Shown here: positions 37,983 to 50,619 of the stretch, piece by piece
How the letters are laid out: every line of letters starts with the position of its first letter
Position numbering within the stretch: position 1 is the stretch's first letter
DNA from: Stegostoma tigrinum
Lineage: Eukaryota
Assembly: GCF_030684315.1 (NCBI RefSeq)
Contig: NC_081370.1
Span: forward strand, 34,304,728 to 34,368,727
Direction: 5' to 3'
Length of the DNA: 64,000 bases
Program-made: the position numbers and the translations under genes
The notes under the pieces: model-generated
The model's database searches: none
What the model was told of the DNA's origin: nothing
The model's input: the letters and a program-made list of their open reading frames with translations, nothing else

Positions 37983-40360
37983 TCACAGTCACAGTCAGAG
38001 AGATATCCAGCACGGAAACGGATGCTATGTTCCAACTCATCCACGCCACCCAGATCTCCTGAATAAATCTAGTCCCGTTTGCCCGCATTTGACCCAATCC
38101 CTCTAAACACTTCCTATTCATTTACCCATCCAGATTCCTCCTTATATGTTGTTATTGTATCAGTCTGCACCACTTCCTGTGGCAGCTCATTCCATCCATG
38201 CATCACCCTCTGCATGAAAACACTGCCCCTTAGGTCCCTTTTATATCTTTCTCCTCTCACCTTAAACCTTTGCCTTCTAGTTTTGGATTCCCCCATCCTG
38301 GGGAAAAGACCTCTATTTATCCTATCCATGCCCTTCATGATTTTATAAATCTGTATAACGTCACCTCTCAGCCTCTGATGTTCTAGAGAGAATAGCCCCA
38401 GCCTATTCAGCCCCACCCTGTAACTCAAACCCTCCAACCCTGACAACATCCTTGTGTACCTTTTCTGAACCCTTTCAAATTTTACAACATCCTTCCTATT
38501 GCAGGAGGACCAGAATTGCACACAATATTCCAAAAGTGGCCTAACCAACGTCTTGTACAGTCACAACATGACCTCTCAACTCCTACACTCAATGCATAGA
38601 CCAATAAAGGCAAGCATACCAAATGCCTTCTTCACTATCCTGTCTACTTGGGACTCTTAATTTCAAGGAACTATGAACCTGCACTCCAAGGTCTCTTTCC
38701 TAACTATCTCCCTGGGACACACACAAACAGTCCCCTTCCAATTCAGGTGCAATCCTTCCTTCCTTATACAGATCATTTCTTCCCCAGAAAAGATTCCAAT
38801 GATCCAAAAATGTGAATCCTTCTCCCTTGCACCAGCTCCTCAGCCACACTTTCATCTCCTCTATCCTCCTGTTCCTACCCTCACTAGCTCATGGCACCAG
38901 GAGTAATTCAGATAGTTGAATTCCTGCCTAACTTCCTAGATTCTCTCCTCATAATTTTGTCCTTTTCTTTTGCAATGTTGTTCGTTCCAATGTGTACAGC
39001 GATCTCCCGCTGGTCCTTCTCCCCTTTGAGAATATTCTGCATCCTCTCTTAGATACCCTTGATCCTGGCACCAAGGAGGCAACATACTATTCTGATGTCT
39101 CATTGTCGGTTGCAGAATTGTTTGTCAGTTCCTCTGACTAGACAGTCCCCTATCACAATTGATCGCTCAGAACCAAACGTATCCTTTGTTACATTAGAGC
39201 CAGTCTTGGTACCAGAAACCTGGCTGTCAGTGTAACATTCTCCTGAGAGTCCATCATCCCCTACATTTTCCAAAACAGCATATTTGTTTGAGAAGAGAAT
39301 AGCTTCGGGAGACTCCTACATGACCTGCCTCCCCCTCCTACCTTTCCTGCAGGTAACCGATCTACCTGAGTGTATTTTTGGTTTATCTCCCCTCGTGCAA
39401 CAGTCATCCATCACACCTCCTAACTGCTGTAAATTCCTTATTTCTTCTAACTACCACTCCAACCAATCCATGCGATCCGATAGGATTCACAACCAAACAC
39501 ATTTCCTGCAGACATAATCATAAGTAGCATAGAAACTTTTCCTAATCTGCCACACCTGACAGGAAGAGCACATCAATCTACTAAATAACAGAGGTAACAA
39601 GGTGTAGAGCTGGATGAACACAGCAGGCCAAACAGCATCAGAAGAGCAGGAAGGTTGACATTCTGGGCCTAGACTCCTCTTCTGGGTCTTTCTGAAGAAG
39701 GGTCTAGGCCTGAAACATCAGCCTTCCTGCTCCTCCAATGCTGCTTGGCCTGCTGTGTTCACCCAACTCTACAACTTGTTATCTCAGAATCTCCAGCACC
39801 TGCAGTTCTTACTACCTCTCACTCTACTAAATGCTATTTTTGCACCTTAACAATCTGCAGACCCATAAAATAGCAGTCTTACTGCTCTAAAAAACACTGC
39901 TCCAGGCTAACTTAGTATCTGTGTTTTTGTGCTTTCAAAGGTTAAATAAGAGACAGATCTCAATAAAAATAAACAATTTTTTAAAAATCCCGATTTACTC
40001 ACTGTTGTAGATTTACAAAACAAAAGTGAGATCACACTTTAAAACTAGCCACTTTGCTGCTCCTCTGTTGTGAGCCCCCCCCCCACACACATTTCTCCAA
40101 GGTCAGCTGTGAATTTCGCTGTTTGTTTATTTTTCTTGGACGAACTTCAATGTCAAGAGTTACTTAAAATCAAACAGCAGAGGCAGTCAGCTGTACAGAT
40201 TCACTGCTGGTTCAGGCAGTAGAGCAGGTTTATTTTTCCGTTTGATTCACTTCCCATGCTGTCACTGCCTTTGTCTCTCTTCCATCTTTATTAAATTGCC
40301 GTTGTTTTGATCTTTCTTTTCCCCAAAATTCTAAAACAATGCAACAGCTTATAAAACAGT
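37983..40360 (-). mobile_element. internally deleted CR1 (RT C-terminus, ORF1 remnant, probable 5' UTR)
   Basis: ORF 38114-38548 VRPLLEYCVQFWS...[12 protein letters not shown]; esterase remnants at 38700-39300. Confidence 0.75.
39587..39822. mobile_element. fold-back PLE-terminus mini-element with TSD
   Basis: Inverted arms about 39590-39675 / 39700-39785; TSD tctactaaat at 39577-39586 and 39823-39832. Confidence 0.8.
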
Positions 40361-41407
40361 AATTACGTAAATTGCATATATTTATTTCACAAAAAATTCT
40401 TGCCCCTTGTAGAGACCTCAGGCTGAATCCCAATGCTTTCTCCAGTAGAGAATTCCACAGCTTTCCCTTGACATTCAATGGCACGCCCATTGCTGAATCA
40501 CCTAACTGTGGTGCTGCCATCATCCAGAAACTTGGGTTGTTTGAGCAGTTCAGAGGCTTAATATTTGTCATCAGGTAACTCACATCGTAACTCCCCAAAC
40601 CCCTTCCATTACCTACAAGATGGAAGACTCTGCAGGCCTGAACCAGTGCAGTCCCAACTACATTGATAATTTGACAGCACCAAGAACAAAGCAACTGCTT
40701 GGTTTTCAACTTAGCTTAGCCACCATCTTCAACATTTATATCCACCTTTGGCGTGCAGTGGTAGCACTATGTACTAACTGTAAAATGTGCTACAGTAGTT
40801 CAATTACGGTTCTTTCAGCAGCTTCTTCCAAACCCATACCCTCTGTTACTTCAAAGCATAAGAACAGCGGACCTGTGGAACAAGTTCCCCTTTAAGTTAT
40901 ACGCCATGCTGACTTGGAACCACAACTACGGTTCCTGAACTGGGTGAACATCCTGGAGCTCCCTGTGTAACAGCACTCTTGCTGTGTCTATACCAAACTG
41001 ACTTCAGCAGTTTCAAGAAGTTAGCTCACCATTATCTTGTTAAGACATGTAAAAATGTGCAATAAATACTGGCCATGCCTGTGGCAGCCACATCCCATGC
41101 GCAAACAAACAAAAACAAACTGTGGAATTTCATTCTTTTAAACGGCTCTTACATCTCTATTACTTGCTGACTTATTTTCACGGTCTCCAGTGTAACACAT
41201 ATACTGCCATGAGCGTGGAGTTTGTTAACCTGCATGGAGAGTAATGACAGCATGCCTTCCTGCTCAGACTAACTTGACAAGGATAATTGGCTAGAAACTT
41301 ACTTATAATTAAATGCCCATTCTATAACTGGAAGGTGTGTTTTTTTTTATGGATGCTAAAATTGAATTATCAGATAACAATAATTGAATTTAGTTTTCTT
41401 TCCATAG

Positions 41408-41634
41408 ACAATCCAAGTCAATAGTGAACCATCAAGTGTAAGGACACTTGCTGTGATGTTTCGACCACATTAAGATGTTCTTCTACCATAAGATCATGTT
41501 GAACTCATGGGTGTGAAGAGATCTCAAACAACACTAAATGAGTCGTATGAGCCTTCTGCTGTTATTAAAGAAACTGTGAATGGATCATCATTGCCAGATG
41601 TTACTGGCCATTTTCAACAATTTAATTCAATAAA
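41408..41634 (+). other. candidate terminal exon of the upstream Ig/acidic-repeat gene
   Basis: Strong acceptor tagttttctttccatag|; phase-1 reading gives DNPSQ-stop; AATAAA at 41629-41634; non-repetitive sequence. Confidence 0.35.
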
Positions 41635-42949
41635 TTTATAATTATCAGTTTAGTATTAATGCTGTTTCCTCTTGTGAAAAATTTTGCGTGCTTGATGAAA
41701 GTCATCACGGGCCACTCCAAGGAGCATAAATTGATTGTCAGGAGCCATGATGAGGGGAAGCAGTACCGATCTACTCCTATTCTCTAAAGGCAGAGTAATC
41801 AGGTCAGTCATGTCCCCTGGGCAGCAGCAAAATCAGTTACAGGGCAGAATTTCACAAAAATGAGAGAGGGGGCATATCATTCACCCGAGAACCCTCACTG
41901 TTCCACCAACAGAATAAATTTGATCCTGATCAGCCGTCACCTTTAAGTCAATAGCACCCCTCAATCACCAGTATAAGCCTTCCTCCAGCTGTCCTTGTGA
42001 GGTAAGGTTTGTAACACCATCTTCAGTGGGAGGAGTTTTTGTTCATGAGAGCTGCTGACCAATTTGTAAAGATTGTTGAAACAATTCTGAAATTGGAAGT
42101 GAATTATTTTAAAATTTAATGTGTTCTGAATATTGTGTGTATTAGATGGAACTATTGACTGATTGCAGCTCAGAATTCACCTATGATTTATTTGCTGGCC
42201 CTTTGAAGCAACAATTCACTACATGCCACTCCCTCTAGACTTCCAAATGTTTTCTTTAGATGATGATTGCATTCGTCTTGAAATTTTAGTTGACATTGGC
42301 CCTACCACAAGTCTCACCATGTAATCTAGGTTCTAACCACTCATTGCAGAAAAATGTTTTCCAATATCACCATTACTATACTTCTTTCGCCAATTACCAA
42401 AAGGTTTGCTGTCAGATTCATAAGGCAGAGCAGAAACCTCCACCCATGAATGTAGGTTTTAGGAAAAGCAGAGTCATTGGCCAAAATCTGAGCCAGAACA
42501 ATGTTGGTACCAGTGAGATTTGTGACAGTATCAGATGAGAAGTCTGGTGAGACTCAACTCAATGTTGAGAGCCAAATATGCTAGTCACAATAGATATAGC
42601 ATGTTTCTCACCGAGTGGTGCTGAGATGTCAATTAAGGGGACTACTGATTTTTAAACACCTAGTTGATAATCCAACTTGCCTTATTAATATTTAGATTGC
42701 TGTCTTACCAAACTCAATAAACAAGCTAGACATTGAGAAAACTTGTCATGAACACACGAGGGGTGCCTGGCAGATTTAACTCACAACTTACTCCAAATAA
42801 CCTCCATGTTGCTTACACACAAACTGCAGTTCAGGGCTTGACCCTCGCACACCTGTCACAATAGCCCCTCATCCATGGACAATGGCACCTGGCATGTGTC
42901 AAATCCTCATGACCATCATGACACCTTTACAATACACTTGTAAGCTGCT

Positions 42950-43800
42950 TACAAAGCATAAGACTCACACTGCAGGGGCACACTGGCATTAAGCATTGAT
43001 AAGCTGCGAAAGAAACACTTTGCACCCATGGCCAGACACCCAACTTATGGATTGGACCTGGCTGCATCTTGGGACCGCTCACTTATGTCTTAGCACTCAG
43101 TCAGTCCCACCCATTTGCTCATGCCATCTATGCCTTACATTGTTAGTGCATTAATGCTTCAACCAGAGCTGCTGTATTAATGTGGTCTTTAGTGCAGACA
43201 TATAGACAGTTGCTTGTCATCACCAGGTGAAGCCTGGTTTGCTTCCTATCCTTTAGGTGTGAAATACTACTGGAAAATCACAAGGTGGGCAGCATAATTG
43301 TCAGTTGAAAGTGCTTACATTGAGATTTGTCCAATTGTTTGCCAGGATGTGACTTTTCCCTACTGGACAGTGACAAATTGTCGATGTCCAGTGCCACTGG
43401 GAACAGAGTAGTGCTGATGTAGAAGGTGTTCACACAGATTGTAACAATGTGTGGTGCAGTGGTTAAACAGTGAGTAGGGTGAAAGAATGGGGTGGCATGT
43501 ATGAGGGAGGGTCAGCCATGCTGGCCATCTGCTGTGGGCATTGTGCCTTTGTGATTAACATGGCATGATATTGCTGGTGAGGAACAACACTGTATTGCCA
43601 ACAGTTTTTTGGTACACAGTGGCCTTTCAAAGATGGTGCAGGTGCATGGGATGGCTAAGAACGTAAATTCATTGGTTGTCTTTGAGCAGATATCTGTAGA
43701 GAGGTGATTTGTTGTGGAAATGGCATGTAGTAAGATGGGGCCAATATTGTTTGCTGGCAGACCTGCTGAGATAATTAGGCAGCTTTGGTAAGATGTGTTA
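42950..43800 (-). mobile_element. possible highly decayed Harbinger (HARBI1-like) transposase remnant
   Basis: AIQC...VNHKG in ORF 43512-43811 faintly resembles GAIDCTH...NRKG; weak. Confidence 0.25.
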
Positions 43801-44659
43801 AGAAATCTCACTAGGTTTCACAGCAAAATCCCTTCATAAACATGACACAGCTAAAAAAAATTAATTTTTAAAATAAATTTTTATAAATATGAAAATTTCT
43901 TTCATGCTATAAAGTTCATTCCCTAGCCACTGATCACAGCTCCTTCCCCAGCAACTGTCTGAGGCTGACTTGTGTCTTTTACAAACTTAGTTTCATTTTT
44001 AACTATACGACGAGCATCCAACCTCATCTGCATGTTCATGAAGACTTTCTATTTCTACCACAGTAACATCCTCTGACTACACCCCTAACTCAGTTGATCT
44101 GCCTCTGAAACTCTTATCAATGTCTTTATTATCTGCGGGCATTTACATTATTTGAAAATCCTCACCAGCATCCAAGATATCCAAACTCTGCTACTTGAAC
44201 CATAACGTGCTCCAAATCCTATTCACCATCTCCACCATACTCACTAAAATTGCTCGGTGTTCTAAAATCCTTATCCTTGCTTGTTAAGCGTTTCCATGGC
44301 CTTAAAACAGCTTGATCTTTGAATTTCCTCCAACTATAAAACTTCCTGTTAAATGTCAGCACCCCAAATTCTGGTCTCTTGAGCATCTTTAAATCTTTCA
44401 ACCATACAACCACGCCTTTCAGATGCTAAGGCACAGAACTGTCAACTTGTCTTCCCAAACCTCACCATCGCTCTTACATCATCTTATGAATTCTCAGTGT
44501 CAAATTTCGAGTTATAATATTCTGTGAAACATCTAAACGGTAGTATATAAATACTGCTGGTGCTGGATATCTGAAATATAAAGTTCTCAAAGCACGCAGC
44601 AAATCGGGCAGATTTTGCAGAAAATGTTAATGGTGTTTACAGGTGGAAGTTATTGCCCA

Positions 44660-45877
44660 GACAACAAAATGTGAGGCTGGATGAACACAGCAGGCCAAGC
44701 AGCATCTCAGGAGCACAAAAGCTGACGTTTTGGGCCTAGACCATTCATCAGAGAGGGGGATGGGATGAGGGTTCTGGAATAAATAGGGAGAGAGGGGCAG
44801 GCGGGCAGGAGGTGTGGGGACAAGTCTTGACTGCGTCTCCCGTATTTCCCGCAACACATCCCTCACACCCCGCCCCCGCCACAACCGCCCTAAGAGGATC
44901 CCCCTCATTCTCACACACCACCCTACCAACCTCCGGATACAACGCATCATCCTCCGACACTTCCGCCATTTACAATCCGACCCCACCACCCAAGACATTT
45001 TTCCATCCCCTCCCCTGTCTGCTTTCCGGAGAGACCACTCTCTCCATGACTCCCTTGTTCGCTCCACACTGCCCTCCAACCCCACCACACCCGGCACCTT
45101 CCCCTGCAACCGCAGGAAATGCTACACTTGTCCCCACACCTCCTCCCTCACCCCTATCCCAGGCCCCAAGATGACATTCCACATTAAGCAGAGGTTCACC
45201 TGCACATCTGCCAATGTGGTATACTGCATCCACTGTACCCGGTGCGGCTTCCTCTACATTGGGGAAACCAAGCGGAGGCTTGGGGACCGCTTTGCAGAAC
45301 ACCTCCGCTCAGTTCGCAACAAACAACTGCACCTCCCAGTCGCAAACCATTTCCACTCCCCCTCCCATTCTCTTGATGACATGTCCATCATGGGCCTCCT
45401 GCAGTGCCACAATGATGCCACCCAAAGGTTGCAGGAACAGCAACTCATATTCCGCCTGGGAACCCTGCAGCCCAATGGTATCAATGTGGACTTCACCAGT
45501 TTCAAAATCTCCCCTTCCCCAACTGCATCCCTAAACCAGCCTAGTTCGTCGCCTCCCCCCACTGCACCACACAACCAGCCCAGCTCTTCCCCCCAACCCA
45601 CTGCATCCCAAAACCAGTCCAACCTGTCTCTGCCTCCCTAACCGGTTCTTCCTCTCACCCATCCCTTCCTCCCACCCCAAGCCGCACCCCCAGCTACCGA
45701 CTAACCTCATCCCACCTCCTTGACCTGTCCGTCTTCCCTGGACTGACCTATCCCCTCCCTACCTCCCCACCTATACTCTCTCCACCTATCTTCTTTACTC
45801 TCCATCTTCGGTCCGCCTCCCCACTCTCTCCCTATTTATTCCAGTTCCCTCTCCGATGAAGGGTCTAGGCCCGAAAC
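44660..45877 (+). mobile_element. young 5'-truncated Penelope-like element with inverted 5' terminal segment
   Basis: Uninterrupted 275-aa ORF 44814-45641 with CNRRKCYTC and VVYCIHCTRCGFLYIGETKRRLGDRFAEH; 44660-44815 is an inverted terminal repeat piece; ends at ...gaagggtctaggcccgaaac. Confidence 0.9.
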
Positions 45878-46734
45878 TCTCAGTAAGTTGTAGGGTTGTT
45901 AGTGCCTCTCCACAAATGCAGAAGGCATTTGTACTGGGGGTCCAGCAATGGAGCTTGGTTGCACAGAGGGCCTGACAATGTCCTGAAACAGTTTAGGGAA
46001 GACTACCCCCACCTTAAGTGAACATCTGCCATTTGACACAAGAAGTTTGGTGAAAGGAACTTGTTGGTGACCACACGTGCCTCCCGTTCCTTGATCCGGA
46101 AGCTAACTGGTGGATCTTGCTCAAGAAGGTTGCTCTACGTGGGCCACCAAGCTAGAAATCGGGTGGTGGGCTCTCGGTGTAGTATCACCTCGCGGTATTG
46201 GTCTTTTCTGCGTAAATTTGATTCCTCTGCTGTTGCTGTCTTTACTTCCGTCTTATTTCACAAGGTTATCACTGATCATCTTCTCAGCCTTTCTTTACCA
46301 CAGTTACAAGCAGCTCCTTCACAGGAAGCCTCGCCCATGATTGCAACAGTGCAACACGCATTTTCTGACCGGATATTTTGATCCCCAATGGTTCTGAAAG
46401 CTGTAAAGAGGCCACTTTCCCTTAAAGGCGTATGTAGAAACGTACACTTAATTATCAAGACAGAAAACACGATTGATTTCAATGTTGTAAATAGCTGAAA
46501 TGGCGATGCACATTGACCCCGTCCTATTTGCTGGGCGTATCCCTCAACTAAGATCGCAAAGTCAGTTTCTGAAACATTTCTATCGAACTAAATAAACTTA
46601 AAACAATACACATATTCATCGAGGATGTGATACGGTTGTCGTGTTACAAATCAGCAACTAAATGTCCGAGCTTTAAACGCCAATACTGAAGCGCAGTAGG
46701 TTTTTTTTGGAGGGATGTGCCAATGTGATAAGGT

Positions 46735-46751
46735 GGAAATCGAAAGTGAAA
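46735..46751 (+). promoter_or_regulatory. ISRE / IRF-E element
   Basis: GGAAATCGAAAGTGAAA = three GAAA cores spaced by 2 nt; CCAAT boxes at about 46680 and 46720; CpG-enriched surroundings; immediately upstream of the signal-peptide exon. Confidence 0.7.
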
Positions 46752-46769
46752 TTATTTTTCTTCTGCGAA

Positions 46770-46869
46770 ATGGCGGTCCGAATGTTACTGCGGGGAAGGT
46801 ATCTCCAAATGAGAATTAAGGCTTCCGCGGAGGCTCTCGTGTTGTACGTTGTGTTCGTCTGTGTCGCAG
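46770..46869 (+). CDS. NCR3LG1: first coding exon (signal peptide) of the B7-H6-like gene
   Basis: gaaATGG Kozak context (alternative in-frame ATGs at 46782 and 46809); MRIKASAEALVLYVVFVCVA hydrophobic leader; donor CAG|GTAAGG phase 1, in frame with the V exon (..CVA-ETLDV..). Confidence 0.7.
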
Positions 46870-47415
46870 GTAAGGAACCATCCTGGCGCTGAATGCTCTC
46901 CCACTGGAAGCGATAATGGGGAGTAGTCGAAAATGTATTCTCAAACTGGAAAACTAACATTTATCACAGGATTCTGTCAAGCCCATTAACTGTTACGTTT
47001 TAAACAATTTTAGTATCTTTGTTTTTTTTTGTGTATAGGAGTTAGTGCCAGTAAAATATTACTGAAAATACACGTGAGCGTGTCTTTTAGTTCCTATTAA
47101 AGTAATTTCTAACGCTCGGAATATTGCCTCACCCATTGCCCGGGTGGGAAGTCATATTTCCTGTTTAAACAAAACGTGCGTGTGTTTCGTTTCTTTTTGT
47201 TTTAAGTCGGTAATTCCCGAGTTCTTTAGCCTCAATGTAAATCTAATATACACAAAAACGGAAGGAACAAAAACAGGTGTTGCTCGAAAAGCTCAGCCGG
47301 TCTGGCAGTATGTGTGAAGAAAAAGATGAAGAGTCAATGTTTCGGGTCCGATGTCTCTCCACCGTGCCGTTGAGCTCCTTTCAATGTGAAGGGTCACCGG
47401 ACCCGAAATGTTAAC

Positions 47416-47517
47416 AGAGATAATGGGAACTGCAGATGCTGGAGAATCCAAGATAACAAAGTGTGGGGCTGGACGACCACAGCAGGCCAAACAGCATCTT
47501 AGGAGCATGCTGCTTGG
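47416..47517 (-). mobile_element. short PLE terminus nested in an older PLE terminus, 14-bp TSD
   Basis: TSD cccgaaatgttaac at 47402-47415 and 47518-47531. Confidence 0.75.
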
Positions 47518-47654
47518 CCCGAAATGTTAACTCGGGTTTTCACCTTCACAGATGCTGCCACACCTGCTGAGCTTTTCCAGCAACTTCTGGTTTTGGTCTT
47601 GATTTACAACATCCGCAGTTCTGTTTGTGAAACAAGATTTGTTTTGGTCAACGT

Positions 47655-49740
47655 AGAGTCATATGGCCTGGACCGTACCGTTTAATCTGTCCATCCCTAC
47701 CTCAGTCCCACACTAAACTAGTCACATCTGTCTGCATTTGGCCCAATTCCCTCAAACACTTCTTATTTATATACTTACATAAATGCTGTAACTGTACCAG
47801 CATCCACAACTTCGTCTGAAAGTGCATTCCACACACTAAATACTCTGTAAATAAATTGCCCCTCCTGCTTTTTTAAAAATATTTTCTCACCTTAAAAAAG
47901 CCCTTCAGCTTGAAATATCCCACTATAGAGAAAAGTCACCTGCTACTCACCCTATTTATAATCCTATGATTTTATATATCTCCATAAATTCACCCCTCAA
48001 TTTCATATTTTCCAGTGAAAAAAGTCCCAATCTAGCCTCTCCCCATAACTCGAACCCTCCATTCCTGGCAACATCGTGGTAAATTTCTTCTGAACCCTCT
48101 CCAGCATAATAATATCTTTCCTGTAATAGGGTGACCAAAACTGAGCACAGTACTCCAGAAAAGGTATCACCAGCTCCCTGTATAATCTCAACATAGCATC
48201 CCGACTCCTATACTAAAAGATCTGAGCAGTGAAGGCAAGCATGCTAAATGCTTTCTTAACTACCCTATCTATATGTGATGCAAACTTCCAAGAATTATCC
48301 ACCTGAACTCATAGATCTGTGTTCTGCCACACTACACACTACCCTACTTTATTAAGTCTTCCCTTTGTTTGTTTTACCAAAATGTGATACGTTTATCCAA
48401 ATTAAACCCCATCTGTCACTTTTCAGCCCATTGATCCAATTGATCAAAATCTCTTTGTAATCTTAGATAATCTTATTGTCCATCCACTATACCACCAATC
48501 TTGGTGTCACCTCCCAAACTTACTAATCATGCCTTCCACATTATTGTCTAAATTATTTATACATGACGTACAACAATGGACCCAGCACTGATCCCAGTGC
48601 TGGTCCCAGGATTTCAATCCAAAAACAACTCCACCATGCCATTGAGCCTATTTCACATTCAATTGGCAAGCTCACCCCGAATCCCACATGATCTAACTTT
48701 ACTAATTGGCCTACTAAGCAAAACCTTGTCAAAGACTTCAAGTAAATACTTCAAGTCCAAGAAAACAATGTCTGCTGCTCTGCCATCATCAATCTTCTTG
48801 GTTACTTCCTCAAAAAACTTAATCAAGTTTGTGAGACATGTAGGGTAACACGGTGGCTCAGTGGTTAGCATTGCTGCCTTACATCACCAGGAACATGGGT
48901 TTTACTCCACCTCAGGTGACTGTCTGTGTGGAGATTGCACATTCTCCCCGTGTCTGCATGGATTTCCTCCGGGTGCTCCGGTTTCTTTCCACAGTCCAAA
49001 GATGTGCAGGTTAAGTCGATTGGCCATGCTAAGTTACCCATAGTGTTCAGGGATGTATAGATTAAGTGGGCCAGACATTGGAAATGCAGGAGTGGGGAAA
49101 TAGGCCTGTGCGGGATGCTCTTCGGCGGGATGGTGTAGACTTGTTGGGCCAAATGGCCTGTTTCCACACTATAGGGATTCTATGATTTCCCTCACAAAAC
49201 CATACTGACCATCCCTAATCATTCCTTGCCTCTCTAAATGTATATAAATCCTATCTTTCAGAATCAAATCCAACAACTTACCTGCCACCAAGGCCAGATT
49301 CATAGGCCTGTAGCTCTCAGGCTTTTCCTTGATCTCTTCATAAGCGAAGGCACACCATTAGCACTCGCCAGTCATCCAGCACCTCACCTATATTTATAGA
49401 TGATACAAATAAGTCTGCAAGGGGCCTCGTAATTTTCTCCCTAACCTCCCCCAAAGCCCTGCGATACGCTAGATCAGGTCCCGTGGATTTATCTATTTTT
49501 ATATTTTCTAAGCCTTCTAGCACTTGCTCTTCTATAATGTGAACTGGATTCAAAACATCAATATTTATTTCCCTGAGTTCTCTTGCCTCCTATTGTTTCT
49601 CTGAAGTAAAAATTGACACAAAATATTCATATATCTCTCCCATCTCCTGAGGTTCAACACAATCTTTAAGGGGCCCATCTTTTCTTTCGTTGCTCTCTTG
49701 CTCCTAATGTACTTGTCGAATCAGTTTGGATTATTCTTAG
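47655..49740 (-). mobile_element. degraded CR1 ORF2, interrupted by a SINE
   Basis: CLTNLIKFFEEVTKKIDDGRA.D and [15 protein letters not shown] motifs. Confidence 0.75.
48843..49185 (+). mobile_element. HE1/V-SINE-like tRNA-derived SINE
   Basis: A-box-like ggtggctcagtggttagc, V-domain-like tgtggag.ttgcacattctccccgtgtctgc..gg.tttcctccgggtgctccggtttc, CR1-like 3' tail. Confidence 0.85.
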
Positions 49741-49784
49741 CCTAATTTGCAAAGGATATCTCATATGTTTGAAAACAAGTTGAT

Positions 49785-50615
49785 GGGAAGGTGAACTGTG
49801 GCAGAGATCCTTCAGCATGATCTGAATGTGTTGGGTGAGTGGGCAAATCAAAGGTAGATGCAATATAATTTGGATAAATGTGAGGTTATTCACTTTGGAA
49901 GCAAAACCAAGAAGGCAGATTACTACCTGAATGGCTGTAAATTTGGAGAAGGGAGTGTGCAGTGAGACCTGGGCATCCTTGTGCACCAGCCACTGAGGGT
50001 AAGCATGCAGGTGCAGCAGGCAGTAAGGAAGGCATGTTGGTATGTTGGCCTTCATTACCAGAAGATTTGAGTACAGGAGCAGGGATGTTTTGTTGCAGTT
50101 ATATAGGGCCTTAGTGAGGCCACACTTAGAATATTGTGGGCAATTTTGGTCTCCTTTTCTCGCCCTCTAGGGAATGCAGCAAAAGTTTACCAGGCCGATT
50201 CCAGGGATGTGGGACTGATATATGAGGAGACATTGACTAGGTTAGGATTGTTTTCGTTGGAGTTCAGACGAATGGAGGTGGGATCTAGTTGAGACTTGTA
50301 AAATTCTAACCGGAATATGCAAGGTAGATGCAGAGGGGATATTCCCGATGGTGCGTGTGTCTAGAACCAGGGGTCCCAGTCTGAGGATTCTGCAAGATGG
50401 GAAGACATTTCTTCACCCAAAGAGTGATGAGCCTGTGAAAATCAGTACCACAGGCAGTAGTTGATGCCAAAACATTGTGTATTCAAGAGGCAGCTAGGTA
50501 TAGCACTCAGGGTGAATGGGATCAAAGTAGGATCCGCCATAATCATGAAGAATGGTGGTACAGGCTTGAAGGGCTGAATGGTGTCCTCCTGCTCCTATCT
50601 TCTATGTTTCTATGC
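49785..50615 (+). mobile_element. CR1 3' fragment
   Basis: KCEVIHFG and [18 protein letters not shown] motifs; ttctatgtttctatg tail. Confidence 0.75.
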
Positions 50616-50619
50616 TCTG

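Noticed and set aside
48843-48920. tRNA gene
   Set aside because: tRNA-derived head of a SINE with a degenerate B box, continuing into the SINE body
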